55,524 nucleotides of DNA from Octopus sinensis. Taxonomy: Eukaryota. The notes beneath the pieces were generated by a model. The model was not told the origin of the DNA and did not search any database. It was given only the letters and a program-made list of their open reading frames with translations. This document shows, piece after piece, positions 40,200-51,499 of the stretch (position 1 is the first letter of the stretch; the number at the start of each line of letters is the position of its first letter). The stretch is from positions 1-55,524 of the forward strand of contig NW_021833784.1 in the NCBI RefSeq assembly GCF_006345805.1, written 5' to 3'. Position numbers and translations under genes: made by a program.

Positions 40200-40365
40200 T
40201 TTGATTGGTTGTCATGGAAACTTCACCTGAGTTGCCATGCCAATTTCATCTGCTCGAGAGGCAGCAGCCATTTTTAATTAGCGCTTAGTAATATTGACCT
40301 AGGGACGCAAAAACCATCCTGTCGTTTTATTCATTAGATTGAGCCTGTGTCATTGATACGCGGTG
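40200..40365. promoter_or_regulatory. Candidate cis-regulatory island with RFX X-box-like and CCAAT motifs
   Basis: GTTGTCATGGAAAC 40208-40221, GTTGCCATGCCAAT 40231-40244, GATTGG, TAATTA; unique sequence between low-complexity tracts. Confidence 0.4.
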
Positions 40366-40924
40366 GAGAGGGAAGAGGAGAAAGAGAGAGAGAGAGACAC
40401 AGAGAAGTAGAGAGGGGGGATGGTGGGAGAGAGAGAGAAATCAGAGGATGAGGAGATGAGAGTGGGAGGAAAGGGCATTATGGGTGAGAGGGTGACAATC
40501 AGAATGTAGTTATTAGTTAGCAATAGTAGTGTAAGTGGTGATAGTGGTGGTGGTGTTGGTGATGATGGTTATGGTGGAGGCGGCGGTGGCGGTGGCAGTG
40601 GCGGCGGCGGTGGTGGGGTGGTTTTGATGATTGAGTGATAAATTAAATAAGAATGTTTAGTGCGGTGCGTCGTCGGGTATCCGTCTGTATGGGAGTATAT
40701 GTACGTATCCCATGCGTGTATGTGTATATGTGGTTATATGTCTGTGGGTCTGGTCATCTAAAGGTAATACACCGGAATATAGCGACGATAAAATAATGTG
40801 AGACTTTGTATTAAATCGGTAAATAAAGACACGACAGAAGAAATAACAAAATCGAAGAGATTTATTAAGAAAAATAACCTCATTCGGACCGAGTGTTGAC
40901 AGAGGACTTCTCTGTATAAATGTT

Positions 40925-40975
<51 letters not shown>

Positions 40976-40997
40976 CATACATACATACATACATATA

Positions 40998-41045
<48 letters not shown>

Positions 41046-41110
41046 ATATATATACATACAATACATACATACATATATGTGTGTGTGTGTGGTGTGTGTA
41101 TGTATTTATG

Positions 41111-41412
41111 TGGAGGCGCATGGCCCAGTGGTTAGGGCAGTGGACTCGCGGTCGTAGGATCGCAGTTTCGATTCCCAGACCGGGCGTTGTGAGTGCTTAT
41201 TGAGCGAAAACACAGAGGGGTGCAGAGGGGTGGGGGTGGCGATCCCTGCTGTACTATTTCGCCACAGCTTTCTCTCATTCTTTCTTCTGTTGGCCTGCTC
41301 GCTTAGCTAGCGGGGTGGCGGGGTGGCTTTACTTGATGGTTAAAACAATGCGAAGCGCATTGTGACCAGCGATGTGTAGCAACATCTGATAGCCTGGTCG
41401 GTCATGTGATAT
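41111..41412 (+). mobile_element. SINE family C with RTE-derived tail
   Basis: A box TGGCCCAGTGG, B box TTCGATTCC; tail GAAGCGCATTGTGACCAGCG..CAACATCTGATAGCCTGGTCG. Confidence 0.9.
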
Positions 41413-41509
41413 CGCGATATACATGCGTGTGTGTGTTCGTGTGTGTATGTATGTATGTATCAGAGTATATATGTGTGTATGTGTATACATGTATGCATGG
41501 ATACATAGA

Positions 41510-41887
41510 TAAATGCAGATCGTAGTGTGTCTAATATAGACAGTAAGCATAGAGTCTGGAGTTGGAAAAAAATATTCATGAAGGTCTGAACATGCGCAAA
41601 GTTTGTGCAGAGTTTGTTCCGGGGATGCTCAATGACGAAGAGAAGGGAAGACGGGTTGGTGACGGAGAGGTTAATGGTTGAGCTTGGTACCGCCAATACA
41701 AGAGTACATGGATATCCCTTGACCTGTAACAAGCTGGATCTATTGGTTGTATGATATAGCGACCGAGATACAGAGTGTCCAATGGAAGCATGATACTTCC
41801 CCCAGATCTATAGAAGCCAAGCAATGCAAGTCCACCGGAAAGGTCGTGGTGATCAACTTTCCGAGATGAAAGACATTGTCTATATTC
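41510..41887 (+). pseudogene. Mariner transposase internal fragment
   Basis: HEGLNMRKVCAEFVPGMLNDEEKGRRV, QSVQWKH, KSTGKVVV; no TIRs seen. Confidence 0.75.
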
Positions 41888-42241
41888 ACGGGAACGTAAA
41901 CACACCAGCATCGGTTGTCAAGCGATGTTGGAAGGAGAAGCACATACATACATGCATACATAAACATATATATATATATAGATATATAATATATATTATA
42001 TATCATATAATATATATTCTAATATATATATATATATATATATTATACATATATATATATATGCATATACATATATACGACGGGCTTCTTTCAGTTTCCG
42101 TCTACGAAATCCACTCACAAGGCTTTGGTTGGCCCGAGGCTATAGTAGAAGACACTTGCCCAATGTACCACGTAGTGGGACTGAACCCTGAACTATGTAG
42201 TTCGTAAGCAAGCTACTTACCACAAAGCCACTCCTACGCCT
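41888..42241 (-). mobile_element. SINE family A, 3'-truncated
   Basis: Head and internal (TA)n on the minus strand. Confidence 0.9.
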
Positions 42242-42420
42242 AGGTTAGTTAAGATTTTAAAAAAGTCTAGCGTAAGCAACAAGGGAAATAGTCTAAGATT
42301 TGCAGGAAAGTATAATCCAACAAAATAGAGAAAGAGTAAGAACGAAAGGGAAGGAGGAAGATAGAGAGAGAGAGAGAGAGAAAGGGGTGGAGGGAAAGAG
42401 GGAGGAAGGGAAGGAAGGAA

Positions 42421-42575
42421 AGAGAGATCGAGGAAATTAGATGACGAGAGCAAAAGATTTATAGAGAGTTAGGAGAGAGAGAGAAGGAAGGGGGAGAGAA
42501 AGAAAGAGAATGTGGGAGATGAGAGAGAGATCGGAGAAATTATATGTCGAGGGCAAAATGTTTATAGAGAGTTAG

Positions 42576-42613
<38 letters not shown>

Positions 42614-42663
42614 GTGAGAGAGACAGCGGAAATTGGGTATGGAGAGCAAAAGATTTATAGAAT

Positions 42664-42709
<46 letters not shown>

Positions 42710-42790
42710 GAGAGGATGGAAAGAGAGATAGAGAGAGAAATCGGGGGAATTAGGTGTCGAGAGCAAAAGATTTATAGAGATAGAAAGAGG
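42421..42790 (+). repeat. Four ~50-bp units separated by (GA)n spacers
   Basis: Core GAGAGCAAAAGATTTATAGA recurs near 42446, 42548, 42642 and 42758. Confidence 0.85.
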
Positions 42791-42795
42791 ACAGC

Positions 42796-42827
<32 letters not shown>

Positions 42828-43123
42828 GGGGGGAGAGAAAAGGAAAAAGAGAGAGAGAAAGGAGAGAAAAAGAAAGAGAGAGAGAGAGAGGGGAAGTGAG
42901 AGGAAAACTTGGTCCATGGTAAAGAGGGAATGCGAAATTTCGCTTATTGCTCACAGTGCAGAAACAATAGTTAAAACAATAATACTGTTGTTGTTGTTGT
43001 TGTTGTTGTGGTGGTGGTGGTGGTGGCGGAGTGGTGGTGACCGATGCATGGGATACTACTACCAACATCATAATTACAATCAAAATTACAACAACTAGCA
43101 CTGCTAGTAACAACCCCACGATG

Positions 43124-43158
<35 letters not shown>

Positions 43159-43638
43159 CACTACTCTAACTGCAGTCGAGGAGGTGTCAGAATATGTGTT
43201 AAAGCAGGATTAATTACGACAATTCTAATTAAAAACATGAAATTTACGACCAGCGTTTTGTTACTGATCACTTAATTTTATTAGATTAATTACAACCCTC
43301 CAATAATCGAATCAGCTAACTTAACTTAGCGACCACCACCACCGACATAGACGAACAATGAACGCACAAAACTTCCTCCCAATAAGCTGCACGAAGCAAT
43401 CAAGGAATCCACAGATCAAACAACATGACCCATACACTGTAGCGCGCACCAGAGTACAGTTGCTGCATTAACCATAGTTACGTGTCTAACTACCAGCAAG
43501 TCAACCACGGCAAAAATAAAATAGCAATCTGCCACGATGACATCACCTGAAAATATTTAGGAGACCGAATGGCGTAGAAATAGACTTCCCTGCGGTCGAA
43601 ATTTAAAAATAAAATATCAGAATGAATTTAGAAGAATG

Positions 43639-43903
43639 TTTCTTATTTCTTTATTGTCCAGAAGGGGCTAAACATAGAGGGGACAATATACCTTTCAAAT
43701 TATGGCACAAGGCCAGCAAGATCGTAGGAAGGGGTAAGTCGATTACATTGACCCCAGTGCTCAATTGGTACTTATTTTATTAGTCCCAAAATAATGAAAG
43801 GCAAAGTTGACCTCGACGGAATTTGAACTCAGAACGTTAATACGGACGAAATGCCGCAATGTATTTTGCCCGGCGTGCTAACCACTCTGCCAGCTGACCG
43901 CTT
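43639..43903 (-). mobile_element. SINE family B
   Basis: ATGAAAGGCAAAGTTGACCTCGACGGAATTTGAACTCAGAACG...CTGCCAGCT. Confidence 0.88.
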
Positions 43904-44139
43904 TTCGTAGACGTGACAATGTACAATATACATATAGCATTGTTTTAATTTTTAATCTTGACCTTTCAGGGAACACCATACTAAATGCAAGTTTTATAGA
44001 ATGGGATAACTCTACACAGTCTTATTGAAAATTTTAATTTAATTAAAAGTTGAAAACCTCCAAGATAACATTGGCAGATGTTTCAATGTATAAGATATCT
44101 ATAGAAATTATAAGTAACAAAAGAAACGATGATAAAAGT

Positions 44140-44490
44140 AATAATATAAATAGTGAAGTACATTCAACAACCTGTACAAAAACAACAGAGAAATAGGAAA
44201 GTAATCTTGTATAATTCGCATTTCTTTCAAAAGTACCTACACATATAACAAAGAACGTTTTCCCAGATGAAAACAAGCAGCGAATATTTCATACAGGTAC
44301 CACAATACATGAACAAAATCACCATAAAGACTTGTTGTTTAGATATAAGAGGCTCGTAAATCTCACTATAACAAAATCGCAGAAAAAAACACACAAGAAA
44401 AACATGAAAAATGCAACTGTATAAACACGACAAGCTGTCCTTGCAATGAGAAATGTATATTAAAGGCGCTTGCGTAAGGAGCTAAATTAA
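44140..44490 (+). pseudogene. Naiad-type PLE linker/zinc-knuckle fragment
   Basis: QRNRKVILYN, SKVPTHITKNVF, NKITIK, then CNCINTTSCPCNEKCIL (TGC at 44412), matching the CxC-x4-CP-x4-C motif that precedes the GIY-YIG domain. Confidence 0.65.
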
Positions 44491-44559
44491 AGCGAAATTG
44501 GTATGAGACGTGGATGAGAGCATGATGGGAGGCTTATAACTCAAAGATATGCTACAAAC

Positions 44560-45025
44560 AAAGCTAGAAAGTACCATATATGCCAGACCCTTCAATAGCC
44601 CCGTCCTATCTGCGTAATTATATAACAAGTGAGATATGGGCTTCTACAAAGAAGATAGAATGATTGGCAACGATGCAAAGGACCATGGAAAGATCAATGC
44701 TAGGAATATTATTAAGAGAGAACATTCCAAATGAGTTAACTCGAGATTGGAGTAGAGTGTACGATGAGATTGCAGAGTCCCGAAAACACAAGGTCCGCTG
44801 GGCCGGACATGTCAGAAATTTCACAGACAGAAGGTGGATCCGTGCAGTTGCTGAGTGGTGTTCAAGACATTGGAAGAGTGAATTCGGAAATCATGATTGG
44901 AAGATGATTTAATCAAGCAGTCTGGGTCAAAATGGAAAAGATAACCCAATCAAATCAGAATTAGAAGCGCATTGTGATAATTGGTGTATAACAACATCTG
45001 ATGGTCTGGTCGATACGGTGATAGT
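44560..45025 (+). mobile_element. RTE-clade LINE 3' fragment
   Basis: ORF 44664-44912 QRTMERSMLG..IPNE..KVRWAGHVRNFTDRRW..VAEW; 3' tail at 44964-45023. Confidence 0.85.
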
Positions 45026-45183
45026 GTGACACGCACATACACACACACATATATATGTGTATGTATGTGTGTGTGTGTGTGTGTGTGTTGTGTGTGTGTT
45101 TATGGATGCATGATGAGTCAAACGGTTGCAGTGGTTTTGAAAAAGGAGTCTCGTGAATTCTATTTCATGTCCTCTCATCGTTG

Positions 45184-45220
<37 letters not shown>

Positions 45221-45222
<2 letters not shown>

Positions 45223-45506
45223 CACGTGATCACGTGACCGACCAGGCTATCAGATGTTGTTACATATCGCTGGTCACGATGCGCTTCACATTGCTTTTGC
45301 CTTCAAATGACACCACCCCGCTGGTTAAGCGAGCAGGCAGAAAAAAGGGTAAGAGAAAGTTGTAACGAAAGAGTACAGCAGGGATCGCCACCACCCCTGC
45401 CGGAGCCTCGTGGAGCTTTGGGTGTTTTCGCTCAATAAACACTCATAACGCCAGATCTGGGAATCGAAACCTCGATCCTACGACCGCGAGTCCGCTGCCG
45501 TAACCA
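45221..45506 (-). mobile_element. SINE family C with RTE-derived tail
   Basis: Reverse complement of the 41111-41412 type. Confidence 0.9.
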
Positions 45507-45592
45507 AGAATAAGTCCTGGCTTCGATTTGCTCGACTAAAGGCGGTGCTCCAGCATGGCTGCAATCAAATGATTGAAACAAACAAAAGAAAA
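45507..45592 (+). mobile_element. SINE family A tail fragment
   Basis: AGAATAAGTCCTGG..CGACTAAAGGCGGTGCTCCAGCATGG; a similar tail lies on the minus strand at 46340-46397. Confidence 0.8.
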
Positions 45593-46466
45593 AAACATAT
45601 CGGCATGAGTAGTCGTGAGGTGACAGAAAGTCAGTATTAAATGTATGTCACGCTGTTTTCTGGGCTCGGTTCATAATAGTTCGAATGTAAGGATATTTGT
45701 GTGTATGTTCTTGGTTATGATGTTCTACTCTGCCAGTTGCTGTAATTCGTTTGGTAGAACTATTCCGTATAATTATTCCTGTTTTGTTTTGTTTTTTTCA
45801 CATGTTCGTTATGCGTGATTTTGTTGCGATTATGAGGAATATGTGAGGATGGGTTATTTGTCGTGTAGTTGTTGAAGCTAATGATGATGTCTGCTGAATT
45901 CCCCTAATTTACTAAATAAAAGGAAGGCTGAAATGTAATATCCGGATTTTCTTCACCTACTTTCAAAAACAGATTAAATTAGAGAGCGAACTAATGTGTT
46001 TTTCCCATCCCCGAAGTTGTATTAATTAACTTTTTTCCCCTCATTACATTAAGTATAAATTGTCTCTCCCTCGGTTTGCACTCTCTCTCTCTCTCTCCTC
46101 TCTTTCTCTCTCTTCCTTTTGTACAGGTGTTGCCATCGGCAATGTTTACTAATTATGATAATTTTGACACCTAATTATGAACATTACTGTAAGTCACTGT
46201 AACGATTCGCCAATCTCTAATTTAGCAATCATGGAGAAATCTATATTTTTCTGAAGAGGGCAAATAAGACCAAAACCTCTACTCTCCAAATTCGGATTCA
46301 ATTATTGATAGTCACTGCAATATCGTTTACTTCTTACCTTTTTACTTGTTTCAGTCATTTGAGTGCGGCCATGCTGGAGCATCGCCTTTAGTCGAAGAAA
46401 TGTAACCTTCTGCTCATGTACGCAATCGGTGTCGAGTAGTCTCACAAAATCCTCACTCTTATTTTC

Positions 46467-46650
46467 TGGCAGAATCGTTAGCACGCCAAGCGGAATTCTG
46501 AGCGGTATTTCGTCTGTCACTATGTTCTGGGTTCCAATCCCGCCGAGGTCGACTTTGCTTTTTATCTTTTCGGGGTCGATGAAATAAGTACCATTCGACT
46601 ATTTCCCTGTCCCAAATTACAAGCCCTTTGCCTATATCAGAAAGAGTTAT
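46467..46650 (+). mobile_element. SINE family B
   Basis: TGGCAGAATCGTTAGCACGCC..CCGCCGAGGTCGACTTTGC..CGGGGTCGATGAAATAAGTACC. Confidence 0.85.
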
Positions 46651-48593
46651 TACGTTATTACTTGTATCATTTCCATATGGATGTTGTGTGTGACGATATT
46701 TTTTTCACACATTTAGTTTCATTTATCAGTATGCTGAGGTTTGATTTTTGTATAAATTTTTCGCAGTGTTCCATTGATTTCTATATTTTGTATATGAAGA
46801 GCTTGCAGTATGTTGGTGAATTCTATTGCGTTATTATAAAAGATATTGGATTGTTACGCTGGTGTTTGTGGTGACCCCGTTTACATTGAAGTGAGTTTTC
46901 GATGCATTAATTTGCAGTTCGAATATGAATTAGTTTTCCATTGATTCATACCTACATTTTCTATTTGTCTGTCTGCTCAACGTTAGTGCACCCAAAAGTT
47001 TCTCATACATTCTGTTGAACTCTGTCTGTCTATTAGATTTCTCTGTCGACGTTTCATCTTTATCTGCTGTTCCAATAATATGTAATCTATTTCTCGTTTC
47101 GAACAGAATTTGAAGGAAATATCGCAAATATTACTTGCTTTGGATAATAACGCCTCGCTATTTCTCCTGTCATATCATTCTAATAAAATTAGACATTATG
47201 ACTCAAGCCAAACATCCTAAGGCATTTACCTTCGCCACTTATGTTTATACAGGAGGAATTCCTGTAGAGGCGTGTTTTGAAATGGCATCATAAAACAAAG
47301 TCTTCGGTGGTAATACAGCAACTTGTCAAAGGTAGCATGGAATGTGTTGTGACGAATGTGGTCAGTCAAAGCTGAATATTGTATCAGCTTTCTTCAAGTA
47401 ACCAGTATTTTATTTTTTTAATATATTTCACGGAATAATAAATCTTTCGAATTTTAAACGAATGTAAAATTCACGAGGGGAATAGTAATAACTCCGAAAC
47501 TAGCGCAACAACGGTGATCAGAATTTTGCAATGGTGTCTGAAATCATTATATTTTATGATAACCGGTACTAAAAATTAATAAAAGAAGGAATTCAAAGAT
47601 TAACGTGATAAATGGTTCATTACACTTGTTGATTTTCTGTATTTAGCTGGATATTTCAGAACTGGTGGCTACCGTAATTAAAGTGCAATCGATATAATTT
47701 TGGCAAATGTATTTTCAATATATCCTAGAATAATGCTATAAACGTTAATCAATGGAAAGTAAGCAGACATTTTATTTCAAATGAAATAGCCGAGTTTGAC
47801 CGTCAAAAAAATGATTAAAATATAATTCCTTTTTTAGAACATTAAACAAAAAAGAGAAAAAAAATAAAAATAAAAATGTTCACTTATTTGCTTTATTTAA
47901 AAAAAAATTATATCTACTTATCTTTTTTTTTTTTGTCAGCAATAACGATGGTCATAATTTGATACTATATTAAAGCTGATTTTTCTGTAGAAATGCAATC
48001 ATATTGATCAGAAGCTGAATTACTGTTGAAATTGATATTTTTAGATGTTTATATTTAAGTAAGTCAGAAAAGGACTGATTAATGCATGGAGAGATGGGAT
48101 AGTTTGCTGTATTCTTGCCTCAGGCACTTAACTCTTTCCACGACTAAATCATTTGATAAATTTGTCAACCCAGCTCTAAACCTAGACCCTGTCTATGATT
48201 AACTTTTAACTAAGTCTGTGTTCAAAATAAATGCATTTAACGTTCGCTGTCGCAATAATTCGGTTAACCAAGAAATTGGCAGGAGAGCAGCGAATATTAC
48301 TGAAATTCTGTGTTTTGTGGCAGAAGATACTACATTAAATTCGACTCCGTCATTTTAGTTATGCCAATGAAATATGGCAACTGTGCCATATTCTAAGCAT
48401 AGTTGCCATACTCATTAATTTACTAACCATTTATAGAGTTAGGTCTCGTAGACTTTAGTTCATTGTGCAGATCTTTTCTTGTCCTAGTCTCTGATTTGAA
48501 TTCAGACTACAAATTTATGGGATGTGAGATACAATTTTATTTTACTCCGAATGAAAATATGAAAAGAAATTAGAGAATATCGTTAGAGGTCAA

Positions 48594-48992
48594 ATTTATC
48601 CCCACTTAAATGTGGATTTTTTTTTATTCGAATAAACTATACAGCGGCAGGTACCACGAGAGAAAAAGGGACCGAAATATAGTTTGTTCTAATAGAACAT
48701 CAGCGGAGGCGCGTGGCTTAGTGGTTAAGGTGTCAGCATCATGATCGTAAGATTGTGGTTTCGATTCCTGGACCGAGCGACGCGTTGTGATCTTGAGCAA
48801 TACACTTCATTTCACGTTGCTCCAGTCCACTCAGCTGGCAAAAATGAGCAACGTTGCGATGAACTGGCGTCCTGTCCAGCTGGGGAACATATACGGCATT
48901 GAAACCGGGAAACCGGGCCCAGGAATGAGCCAGGCTAAGCTTGAAAAGGGCGTATAAAAAAATAGAACATCCACGTTTAAGTGGGGATAAAT
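48594..48992. mobile_element. Foldback/MITE-like element interrupted by a SINE
   Basis: 24-bp inverted repeat 48594-48617 / 48969-48992 with one mismatch; weaker pairing continues inward. Confidence 0.65.
48702..48960 (+). mobile_element. SINE family D, full length
   Basis: Matches the 14566 copy; TSD AATAGAACATC at 48691-48701 and 48961-48971. Confidence 0.92.
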
Positions 48993-49490
48993 ATTATCTC
49001 TCGGTATTTATACTGCCTCTGTCGCTAATATATAGATTATATAAAGATTTTCGCTTTTAAAATCCCACAGGTCCGTACAGTTATTTAGCCACAAAGTTTT
49101 ATTGCATTTTCCGTTCCTTTGCGCTTTTGTTAGCCCTCATTACACAAAGTTTCTTTGTTAGCTTAATGTTCAGATAGCAACTAGCTTCAGTCAAGGTACC
49201 CTTATCTCTTTTACAGATCCGTCTATAATTATAAAACTACCGACTAAAATGTTTTATCAACTCTTTGTTCGAAATCCTAATTGCTTATTGCCTGAAATGA
49301 TCGATATCGATTTCAATGGAATTGATTTTATTGATGGTATTGTGATGGAATACTCTATGACGCCATTTGCTGAACTCACAATAATATACATACCCCATAA
49401 TAGCTATGCTATACTGTTTTATACATACATATATATATATATGCATACGTATATATATATATATATGAATGCCTATATATATGTTTGGAG

Positions 49491-49522
<32 letters not shown>

Positions 49523-49601
49523 GAATGCATATATATATGTATGCATATGTATATATATGTATGTATATATATATATACATGTATGTGAGTGTGTGCATGT
49601 G

Positions 49602-49663
<62 letters not shown>

Positions 49664-50002
49664 AACTATGCAAAGAACATTAGATCATCGAAGCATCACT
49701 CAGTTCCTGTCGTTATACGAAGAATTTGACGTCTTGCTGACTCTATTGGATTCTAATATTAATTTTTAATTTTATTGTTTTGCTGTCAATGTCGGTTTTG
49801 AGTATTTTCTTATACAACCAATTACACTTGAAATACACAATGTCATTGGAATCTGTGAGCCAAATATCTTAATGTCGGTACGTGTTTGGGAGGAAATAGG
49901 TGAATAAGAACTAAAAACGAAACTCTGCGTATATAGATGTATAAATCTGATGTATGTATATGTGTGTGTGGGCATGCTGATCTGTGTGCATAGATTATTT
50001 TG

Positions 50003-50200
50003 TTCTTTTACTTGTTTCCGGCATTTGATTGCGGCCAGGCTGGAGCACCGCTTTCAGTCGAACAAATCGACCCCAATACTTATTCTTTGTAAGCCTAGTA
50101 CTTATTGTATCGTTCCGTTTCGCCGAACCGCTATGTTACGGGGACGTAAAAACACCAACACCGGTTGTCAAACAATGGTGGGGAAAAATACAGACAAACA
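50003..50200 (-). mobile_element. SINE family A, 3' half
   Basis: Tail on the minus strand; a degenerate plus-strand tail lies at 50920-51035. Confidence 0.85.
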
Positions 50201-50496
50201 GATACATAAATACACACACACGCGCGCGCGCGCGCGCACACACAAACACATATATATATACATTAAGGGTAGCTTGTTAGCAATTTTTCAACCGTAGTCC
50301 AAACATATATACGTCACTAAAGCGACTGAGGACGTATTTAGACCCGGTATTGTTAAAGATAAGAGTCAAAACAACTCATAGCCACAATAAGCACCATCTT
50401 ATTGAGTGAGAAGGGAGACTCTTGTCTCTAGCAATACTGGTGCTGAACAGCGCCCTCAATCACTGTGTGTGTGTGTATCTGTATGTGTGTGTGTGT

Positions 50497-50536
<40 letters not shown>

Positions 50537-51288
50537 GTTTGTGTGCGTTTGTGTTCGCGTATGAGAGGCCAGATACAGAAAGAGAATGAAATTTGCTTAG
50601 TGTTTAAGCGGCTTCGGATTCGAAACCTCTAAATGGCAATTTGAGAAAATTATATTTTATACTTGAATCATACGTGATATTGAGGTGATGAAAACTGCAT
50701 AGACAGCCTCTTGGATGGGTAATACCTGTAATTCAAAGATACAGGCTTCTCATAAGACATTACGTCACACCGGTTCTTCTAGGCAACTACGTTAAATGTG
50801 CTCACTTCTATAGAGTGGTCAGTGTTTTACACGGTATATCAGTGAACAGTGTTTCGGGTGGATAAGTGGATCCTCATCAGCACCTACGTAGTGCAATAAT
50901 ATATAAATATGATAGACTGATGGAGTAAGTACAAGGCGTAAAAGCAAGAAAATACTGGGTTCAATTCGTTCGACTAAAGTTGTCGAAGGCGGCGCTCCAG
51001 CATGGCTGCAGTCAGCTGACTGAAACAAGTAAAATATAAAATATATATAAACACGTATAGATTACCGCGTGCGTGCATACACACGTCACATTAATCAAAG
51101 ATACGCTTGATAGAAGCACATACAATGCACAAAATAGTGACTAAATATTTGTAGAAAATGAGAAAAATCAATGAAATCAACGTCCGCTTAAAATGATAAA
51201 TTATATTTTAAATGAAGCGTTTTAAAAATTGTTGTCAGGTGATCTCTTTTTTCATTACAAGAAAGTAAATGTAATTATAGACACATTG

Positions 51289-51499
51289 TGAAGGGAGGCT
51301 GAAAAGTTCCTGGTTTTACGATAAAGAAAAGAATCAGTTAATTATAATTTTATTCCACATATTCCCCTCTCAGATTCACACTTACTGCAGGAGTCCTTTA
51401 GATTTTTTAAGCGTCGCAAAAGAGAAATCGGAAGGACGGGGCTGCAACCATTCCTTTCGTGATACCCTTAAAGCCAAGAACCTTTCAACACCCACCTCG
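51289..51499. mobile_element. Mariner-derived MITE
   Basis: Ends TGAAGGGAGGCTGAAAAGTTCCTGGTTTTA / TAAAGCCAAGAACCTTTCAACACCCACCTCG|TA. Confidence 0.7.

Noticed and set aside
41111-41185. tRNA gene (also 4770-4840, 14569-14640, 48704-48780)
   Set aside because: A and B boxes run directly into SINE bodies, with TSDs at the family D copies; no clean cloverleaf or terminator
42421-42790. CRISPR-like repeat-spacer look
   Set aside because: Eukaryotic context, diverged repeats, (GA)n spacers, no cas genes
44412-44457. Selenocysteine-type Naiad knuckle
   Set aside because: All Cys positions are TGC/TGT; no in-frame TGA in the motif
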